In this document: piece after piece, positions 54,845-64,000 of the stretch
Numbering within the stretch: the stretch's first letter is position 1
How the letters are laid out: the number at the start of each line of letters is the position of its first letter
DNA from: Eledone cirrhosa
Lineage: Eukaryota
NCBI GenBank assembly: GCA_964016885.1
Contig: OZ024741.1
Span: 175,832,001-175,896,000 of the forward strand
Direction: 5' to 3'
Length of the DNA stretch: 64,000 nucleotides
Program-made: the position numbers and the translations under genes
The notes under the pieces: model-generated
Database searches by the model: none
What the model was told of the DNA's origin: nothing
The model's input: the letters and a program-made list of their open reading frames with translations, nothing else

Positions 54845-56209
54845 TAGATAGATAGAGAGAGTGAGGGAGAGAGAGAGAGACAGAGAGAGAAAGTGAAAGA
54901 GACACTGAAATCCAGTTGAGGAGACGGATGATTTATTCATAATATACTTAAGGCTATTGAATCTGGAGTGTAGTGATCTGCTTCATGCACCTTTGTGAAC
55001 TGCAGCCATTTATAACAATATCGATTTTTCTTTGTTTCTTCTTTTCTTATAATACTAACTCCATTTCTTTATTTAAAAAAAAAAAATAGTAAAAGCTATA
55101 AAAATAAAAACTAACTTAATAAAAAATCAAGTATATTATGTATCTAAGTAGCCATCAGTCTTTCGAAATAAAGCTATTCTATAATTCAATGTCAGATGAA
55201 AGGATAGGAAAGCTATTTGTTATCATAGCATTCTCGTTATCTAAAGGTCAGAAATAAAACTGCAAAAGATATAATATCGTCTATAGCCTCAAGTTCATTG
55301 AAAACGCAACCTTCTAACATTCATGCATCTGTTTTCGATTTCTTGATTTTTACCTTTTTGTTGTTTGTTTTTGTTGCTCTTTCCATTTGTTTGATTAGTC
55401 TTAGGAGTTTCCAGAACACGAGGAAATACGAGAGACGTTAATGTGCAAAATGTATTTGCGAAAAAAATATAATATCATTTAATTTCTATTCTGTGAAAGG
55501 GGGAAATCAAAATTTAGTCTCAGCAAACCTGTTCCCATTTCCTGATATCAATCCAGAGAATCAATGATAAATATTTAGGTTCTGTAACGTTCAAAGTATG
55601 TTGACTTTTGGCTGTTATGTTTATAATTGTCGTTAATGTTTTTTCCGCAAATATTTGCAGACTAAATGACATGGAATGTGTCGGTAAAACAATATTTCAA
55701 ACAACTTATTTCGAAATTTAGGTGGTTCCAATCTCAATCATACTACACGGCGCAAATGCTGTTTACCTTACATTCGAGATCACCGATATTTTGCGTGAGA
55801 AATTTAATAGGGGAAAACTGTGTGCAGAAACCAGAATGTCATGAAGTTAAAATCAAAGTCTGTCTCACAAATAAATGCGCACCAGGAGGGGATTCACCTG
55901 GATTAAGCGAGGTGGAATACTAACACATTCTGGATAGCACTCCTGTTCATCGCAAGGTATCCAATTTCAGCTGACTGTACCGGAACAACATAAAATGAAA
56001 TGTTTACCCAAGAACACAACACAAGAATCGCGTCGACGACACTATCATCGTAAGTTCAATACACTAACCACTAGACGACATACTTACCATTTAAGCAGTC
56101 TTAACGTCAAATGTTTTAGTCACGCCCTTTTCAGTGATTATTTTCCTGAAACTCGATGGAGGCAGGTTTACATCTTCAGCTAATGTGTTCTTAGCATATA
56201 AATATACGA

Positions 56210-56365
56210 AAAATTAGCAGAAACATTAGAACATCAGATAGAATAAGTTGCGGTATTGGCTCCAAATCTCTGCGCATTGAGTTCAAATTCCGCCGAAGTC
56301 AACTTTGTCTTTCATCCTTTAAAGGTCGATAAAAAAGTACCTCTTCAGTACAGGGAGTGATTCTG
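56210..56365 (+). mobile_element. SINE family 1
   Basis: GAGTTCAAATTCCGCCGAAGTCAACTTTGTCTTTCATCC..GGTCGATAAAAAAGTACC. Confidence 0.8.
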
Positions 56366-57459
56366 CCTCTATCTATTTTTTTTGCATGGAGGCTTACTAA
56401 ATGGCATTACACTACCACTACAATTCCATTAGGTGTTACGAAATCTTACAAGTATACACAGCATGTAGATATATGTTGACAATATGCAAACATATCTAAA
56501 TCCTAAAAGAAATTTAGTCTACTTTTTCTTTTCTACCCACTTATCACTCTCCTTATATTTTCCTACACAGCACATTCGACTAATTGATTGAGTATCCCGG
56601 AGTTAAATATCCGCATGGGGCAAGACGCAGTGTTATATTATACATCGATTGCTGTTACGTTGTCTATTGGTTCCATTACACACCTACTCGCCCACTCACA
56701 AATAGGCAGAAAAACACACATAGAAACAAATGCAAACACACGCACATAACTCCACACATATTCAATCACACTTGAAAAATACGCACACACATACAAACAC
56801 ATAAAAACAGTACATGTAAGCATAGACACATTCAGGCATATTTAATATAATACACACACATACACATAACACACATAACACACGCTACCTTCGATGGATG
56901 GAAAGCACAATGGCTCCGACGAGATTTAGAATTCGAAATTGAAAAGGATTAAACTCAATAATTTATAATGTAGTTAGTTCAACGCTCTATCTATTCATAC
57001 CACATCCCTTACCTCAGCTCACCGCACCACTTTCAAATTTCTTTATAAATACAATTAACATATTACAATGTATTAATTGATGTTATCAAGCTTGGGTGAC
57101 ATCTCTGGGCTATTCCGTTGACAAAGAGAGGCGGACAGGCTGACTGAATAACTTCTCGGTCTTTAGCTGGTGTATCTTAAACTGAGTGGTGAGTGGCGTC
57201 GTGCATGGTGTGTAGGAAATCTCTTTTCTAATTAACCATGTCATTAAAGATAATTAGTTATATCTGTAGTGTCAGCTCTTTCTCTCTCTCACACACACCC
57301 ATACACTTTAACTCTCTCGGTCTCTCTCTCTCTCACACACACGCCACATACCCTCTCTCTCAGTCGAGCGGTGGCCTGCTTGTCTGCTTGCTGCTTCAAA
57401 TTGACATAACAATCAAGTTAGACGGATGACGCGATTAACATCAATTACATTAAATCATC

Positions 57460-57800
57460 ACCAGCCCAACTAACAACAGTACCAACAGCAGCAGCAGCAT
57501 CACCACCATCACCAGCAAGATGAACAACACCACCAACAGTAGCACAGCTAATACCAATGCGACCACCAGCAAGATTAATATGCCTATCACCAGCCCTAGC
57601 ACAACCACTACCAACAACAGCACCGCCACAAAGAACCCACAAGACAAACACTAACAGCATCACCACAAAATTTGTCACCACCAAGAAGACTAACTCCGTC
57701 ATCTGCAGCGTCATCACCACTAACAGTACCTCCACCAACGCAACCAACAGCATCTGCATTAGTAACACCAGTTGCTTTAGCACAACTAGTAATAATTCTC
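57460..57800. repeat. Degenerate (CAN)n low-complexity tract
   Basis: CAA/CAC/CAG-rich; mirror-type tract at 8130-8400. Confidence 0.8.
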
Positions 57801-58079
57801 CTACCAAAACCCATCAGTTCCTATAGCGCTCTCAACCGCCACCATCTTCAACGTCTGCCACAAATTCCACTACACATCCAAGGACACAAAACAAACACTC
57901 AGCTACTCCCTAATGAAATTCTCTGTAAACATGATTACGTTGATGCCACACTAATATTCGTCATCGGCACCACATCTACTACCATCGCCACCACCATCAT
58001 CATCGTCGTCATCGTCATCAGCAGCATTGCCATGGTCGTTATTTCTTCTTCTTCTTTGGGGTTTTGCCCGTAAAATCTG

Positions 58080-59030
58080 CCCAGCGATTCTTTCCTGGGA
58101 CATTCTAATTATATTCCCATAGAATAGGAGCTGTGATCTCTCAATTAGAAGTAGCGGCTCTACCTGGAGTGACTCCCTGGTTTCCTAGTTACGCACTCTA
58201 TCGAGGAACTTTACTCCACAGACCCTTTTCGGTCGCTTATATTCGCGATCGTATTCTTTCGGTCATTACCTAAGATTTATGACCATAGCTAAGAGTTGGC
58301 CCAATACCGAATTGAAGGTAACAAGTTTGGCTTTTACGCCTACCCCCCTTCTTCTGATTACTAAATTCTGTAGCAGGTTCAATTACTGCACAAGCAACTG
58401 CAGTTCTTGCACTTAATTCAACTTCCTGTTTTCTATCACTCACGAACACGGCCCCAGTCCCTGCTTCAGTGGAACTCCATTTACATGTAGGGAGGACTGC
58501 TCAGGATTCCTTGAGAAGACGAGCGTCTCTGTTTTCGCAGCAATCATTTTCATTCTGGCAAGCAGCACTCGGCATCAAAACTCCAAGTCGGAGATCACCT
58601 TCTGTCGAATTAAGTAACACCATGTCGTCTGCAAATTTCAGCCGACTGATTTTACACCTGCCAGTCGTGATACCACTTCCAACCCGACTGCACATGTCAA
58701 TTCGTTTCATGTACATAATTGACAGAAGGCATGACAGTACGCACTCTTGGCGGAGTCCGACTCCTACATTGAATGGTTACAATTTAGCACTCTAACCGAA
58801 CGCAAATACTAGGTCATTCTTATAAAGACACCAGACCAGCAAGATGCTGACCATTGACCCCATACTCCTACAGAACCCGAGGAAGATGGCCATGAGACTT
58901 TTGGGGGTCTACAAAACAAGAATATACTTCTCGAAGTATATTTCTCGAAGATTTCTCGAAAACTGCCGCGGTGTGAATATTTGGGCATCCGGAGCGAAAA
59001 CCCACACTGTTCATTACCTAGCATGGACAT
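58080..59030 (-). mobile_element. RTE-like LINE RT fragment
   Basis: GVGLRQECVLS.LL.IMYM, KISRLKFADDMVLL, EQCGF. Confidence 0.8.
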
Positions 59031-59699
59031 TAATATAAGGAATATTGTCATCAAATATATTATCATTGCTTCGTCATTACCACTCACAACAACACGATAA
59101 ACATCTTCATCATAGCAATCACTATCATCACTATAGCCATCAGTATAATCTTCATCATTTTCATTTTTATCCTCATCCTCATTATCATGAATTTCACCAA
59201 TTCACTCATTATTGTTATCAACTTCATCTAAGCACCGCCATAAATCCTTCTTCCTCCTCCGCCACCCCCTTTCTTCTCTCTTCTCCTTCCTTCTCCTCAT
59301 ACCCTTCTCCTGTCCCCCCCTCCTCATTATTGACATCATCGTCATGTTTTGATTATTCTGATTGATTATATTATCGCCTTTAGAGTCCTTACAATAATCT
59401 ACTCTTTCAACATCATCATTGTGAACTTCCTCACAAGCATCACCATACTCATTGTTAGCATCACTGACCTAATCCCCATGGTCAACATCATTTGTTACTT
59501 GTGTATCAAGATCGTAATTATAACCCACACATACAACCCCCCTACACAAATATATATATATATATATATATATATGCAAAGTTTTATTTAAATTGTTGGG
59601 TTACAACGAGTAAATATTTATAACTGATATAAAAGCACTCAACAAGTATTTGGAGTATATTTACGATATTAAATAAATGGAAACTATATTTATAAAACC

Positions 59700-59776
59700 A
59701 TATTTATTTCATTATATATATTTCAGGGATATCATATTAAAAATATGTTATGCCTTCTTCAGACAAAATACAATAT
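59700..59776 (-). ncRNA. Family F hammerhead
   Basis: CTGAAGA-AGGCATAACATATT-TTT-AATATGATATCCCT-GAAA-TATATA-TA. Confidence 0.78.
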
Positions 59777-59971
59777 AAACAGTCTTATAAATAGATAGAT
59801 TTGACATACCTTTCAACTTCATCTTCCATTTAAAAAGTTGATTTGGTAGTGAAAAATGTTAGGGACAGTTATAAAAAGAAAGAAAGAAAGAAAGAAAGAA
59901 TGTCCCTAACATTTTTAAATGGAAGATGAAGTTGAAAGGTATGTCAAATCTATCTATTTATAAGACTGTTT

Positions 59972-60048
59972 ATATTGTATTTTGTCTGAAGAAGGCATAA
60001 CATATTTTTAATATGATATCCCTGAAATATATATAATGAAATAAATAT
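59972..60048 (+). ncRNA. Family F hammerhead
   Basis: CTGAAGA at 59986-92, GAAA at 60024-27, identical to the inverted copy. Confidence 0.78.
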
Positions 60049-60084
60049 GGTTTTATAAATATAGTTTCCATTTATTTAATATCG

Positions 60085-60107
<23 letters not shown>

Positions 60108-60115
<8 letters not shown>

Positions 60116-60346
60116 AGTTTTATAAATAATTTTGACGTACCCTATTAGAAGCGACCATTACTTTTGGAAGCTGTCTGGATAGTAATGGTCGCTTCTAATA
60201 GGGTACGTCAAAATTATTTATAAAACTGTTTATATATTGTATTTTATCTGACGAAGGCATGCCATATTTTAATGTGGTATCCCTGAAATATGTATAATGA
60301 AATAAATATGGTTTTATAAATATAGTTTCCATTTATTTAATATCGT
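60108..60346 (+). mobile_element. Family F insertion with ~55-bp fold-back and hammerhead (60235-60310)
   Basis: CTGACGA 60248-54, stem II ATGCCATAT/ATGTGGTAT, GAAA 60285-88, AUA triplet. Confidence 0.85.
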
Positions 60347-60365
60347 ATATATATATATATATTTA

Positions 60366-60613
60366 TAGGAAAATGTATGACCCCCGACAGCAGAGCTCAA
60401 GCCGTTTCGACGGATATTTCTGGACTAAATTAGAATATTTAGCGCGGTAAAAAAAAAAAAAAAGAATTCTAATTTAGTCCAGAAAAGCCGTCGAAACGGC
60501 TTGAGCTCTGGCGTCGGGGTCATACATTTTCCTATTACCCACTCAATACCCTAAGTATTGAGTACTCTGGTGCGTTATAGTCCATCTGGTTCCTTACCAC
60601 AACTCCTTCGTTA
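60366..60613 (+). mobile_element. Family A fold-back insertion
   Basis: Same two termini as the other A copies; spacer contains an oligo-A run. Confidence 0.85.
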
Positions 60614-60678
60614 TATATATATATATATATATGTACACATATTATATATATGTATATGTATGTATATATATATATTTA

Positions 60679-60752
60679 TTAAAATAACAGATTAAAGTTT
60701 AAGCAAAGAATAGCTGCTTACACCCTTAACGGGATCTTCAAATTTATTATAT

Positions 60753-60757
<5 letters not shown>
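60679..60757. mobile_element. Family D short insertion
   Basis: Matches 18333-18429 with the central part missing. Confidence 0.7.
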
Positions 60758-60827
<70 letters not shown>

Positions 60828-60830
60828 GAG

Positions 60831-60924
<94 letters not shown>

Positions 60925-60942
60925 GTGTATGTGTGCGTGTAT

Positions 60943-60981
<39 letters not shown>

Positions 60982-61377
60982 TATATACACAAACATATAT
61001 GCATATGTGAGGGAGAGAATGGCACACATACACACAGTTGTGTACAGTCATTATGACAGACACTAAACAATAACGTATAATTACGATTCTGTTAGGATGT
61101 CACCACAAGATAGATTTGCTCCACTATCACATTTATCCTATTCCCGTAATCTAAAAGCCATTTAGTTTGTGTCCTTTTCATCTGGTTAAATGTCCTTCTT
61201 CCTCAAAGAGATAACTCCCTCGTGAGAGTGTCGTAGACTATACGAAATAGCTTTCGTTTGAAGAATATTCCTCATTGAAATTCTACGACATATCTCAAGA
61301 AACCTATTGAATAAGACGTTTAACAACTTATTCTCACTCCTTCCCTCCCCTTTCTCTCTCTCACTCTCTCTCTCTCA

Positions 61378-62330
<953 letters not shown>

Positions 62331-62601
62331 ATAAACTCTTTTTCATAATAATTTTTCAGATTATGGTAAAATAAAGCTGTTTATAGTTCTTTCTTCTTTT
62401 TCTCTTGGTAAAGCACACATATATACATATACGCACACACAATATACAGAAACACTACCGTATATACATATGTCCGTGTATAAAGGCATAATTTATATTT
62501 CTATGTATGCGTCAATATATGTGTATATGTGCGTTTCTATCTCTATCTCTCTCTCTATCTCACTCTCTCTCTATTTATATATATACACACACATATATGT
62601 G

Positions 62602-62679
<78 letters not shown>

Positions 62680-62687
62680 ATTAAATA

Positions 62688-62731
<44 letters not shown>

Positions 62732-62739
62732 ATTAAATA

Positions 62740-62795
<56 letters not shown>

Positions 62796-62803
62796 ATTAA
62801 ATA

Positions 62804-62867
<64 letters not shown>

Positions 62868-62871
62868 TACT

Positions 62872-62913
<42 letters not shown>

Positions 62914-63172
62914 TGGTGTGATCGACAGAACATATTTATGAGAAATTTATTCCTCCGTGTCCAACCATTAAAACTTTTTTGTTTCACAGGCATTGTGTTA
63001 TGATGTTAACATATAAACTCTGCGGTTTGTGGTTCGATTCCACTGCTGCTAACCTTAGGGAAGGCGTTTCTGTCCTAACCTTTAATAGATCGGTGGCTTG
63101 TTAGCGAAATTCAGCCGAGGAAAACCGTGTGGAGACCCGTTATGTGTGTATCTATGTATGTTTCTGTGCATA

Positions 63173-63280
<108 letters not shown>

Positions 63281-63318
63281 TGGGTGACCCTACAGTAAAT
63301 TCGCGTTACACTCCCTGG

Positions 63319-63365
<47 letters not shown>

Positions 63366-63401
63366 ATTTGTCAAGCTATTTAAACGTGTATATATATATA
63401 T

Positions 63402-63715
63402 ACGTTATTCCGGGTTGAATCGGAGGTAACCACAGTAAGTAAGGTACTCAATACATAGCAGAGTATAATAGTTTTAATATAGATGAGATTCTACAGGACT
63501 AGAACTGTTTCATTCATTAGAAATCATCAGGAATCTGGGTATCAAAAAATAAATATGGTATTTATAGGTCTCTACAAGTGGTAGGAGAGGGTGGGGAGTG
63601 GGATGGGTGCAGGTCATTGGTTGATAGAGAAGGGAATTCATTAAAGGCTAATTCTACATAGCTATAGTTAATTTATATTTATTTATGTTTTTAGAGTAAC
63701 AAAGGCAGACAGAAT
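63402..63715 (-). mobile_element. Family B PLE terminus
   Basis: Homologous to 13664-13795; ends in a TA tract. Confidence 0.72.
63486..63536 (-). ncRNA. Type I hammerhead ribozyme (family B), canonical core
   Basis: AGATTC-CTGATGA-TTTC-TAAT-GAAT-GAAA-CAG-TTCTAGTC-CTG-TA-GAATCT; 6-bp stem I, GUA triplet. Confidence 0.8.
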
Positions 63716-63900
63716 TCTATATATATATATGTGTGTATGTATATATGTGTATATATGTATATATATATATGTGTGTATGTATATATGTGTGTGTATATGT
63801 GCGTTATATCTCTGTATATATATGTGTATATTTATGTATAGGTCTGTGTATGCATGTGTATGTTTGTGTATGTATGGATATATATATATATATATGTGTA

Positions 63901-63951
<51 letters not shown>

Positions 63952-64000
63952 TTGTATGTGTGTGTATAGAGAGATATATATATATATGTATGTATGTGTG

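Larger units (their letters stand above)
59575..60086. mobile_element. Family F fold-back (~185-200-bp arms, GAAA-repeat spacer)
   Basis: 59662-59867 is the reverse complement of 59901-60085; the left arm extends ~90 nt further. Confidence 0.88.

Noticed and set aside
57445-58073. Thr/Ser-rich or hydrophobic ORFs on both strands
   Set aside because: By-product of a degenerate (CAN)n tract
62670-62880. CRISPR-like repeat/spacer array
   Set aside because: Spacers are pure (TA)n, the context is eukaryotic, and there are no cas genes

Overview
AT-rich, microsatellite-dense animal genomic DNA, most consistent with an octopus or other cephalopod (inferred from repeat style only). I found no convincing host protein-coding gene, and most ORFs in the track are microsatellite translations. 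The window is dominated by retroelements. There are four Penelope-like element (PLE) loci with RT plus C-terminal GIY-YIG: three of one Cys-linker type, one of them a 6.5-kb head-to-head inverted pair, and one C-rich DKG type. RTE-, CR1- and R4-like LINE fragments, many tRNA-derived SINEs and a hAT MITE are also present. The main hidden layer is RNA structure: about 15 type I hammerhead ribozyme (HHR) motifs (intact, variant or decayed) in at least six PLE-terminal repeat families (my working labels A-H), mostly inserted in (TA)n tracts and often as small fold-backs. The highlight is family E. It carries a hammerhead with the compensatory U3:A8 core (UUGAUAA), about 150 nt from an opposite-strand hammerhead half, tandemly repeated with a 323-bp period directly upstream of a PLE ORF. 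A second family (A) also uses U3:A8. All ribozyme calls are by-eye folds and their activity is untested.
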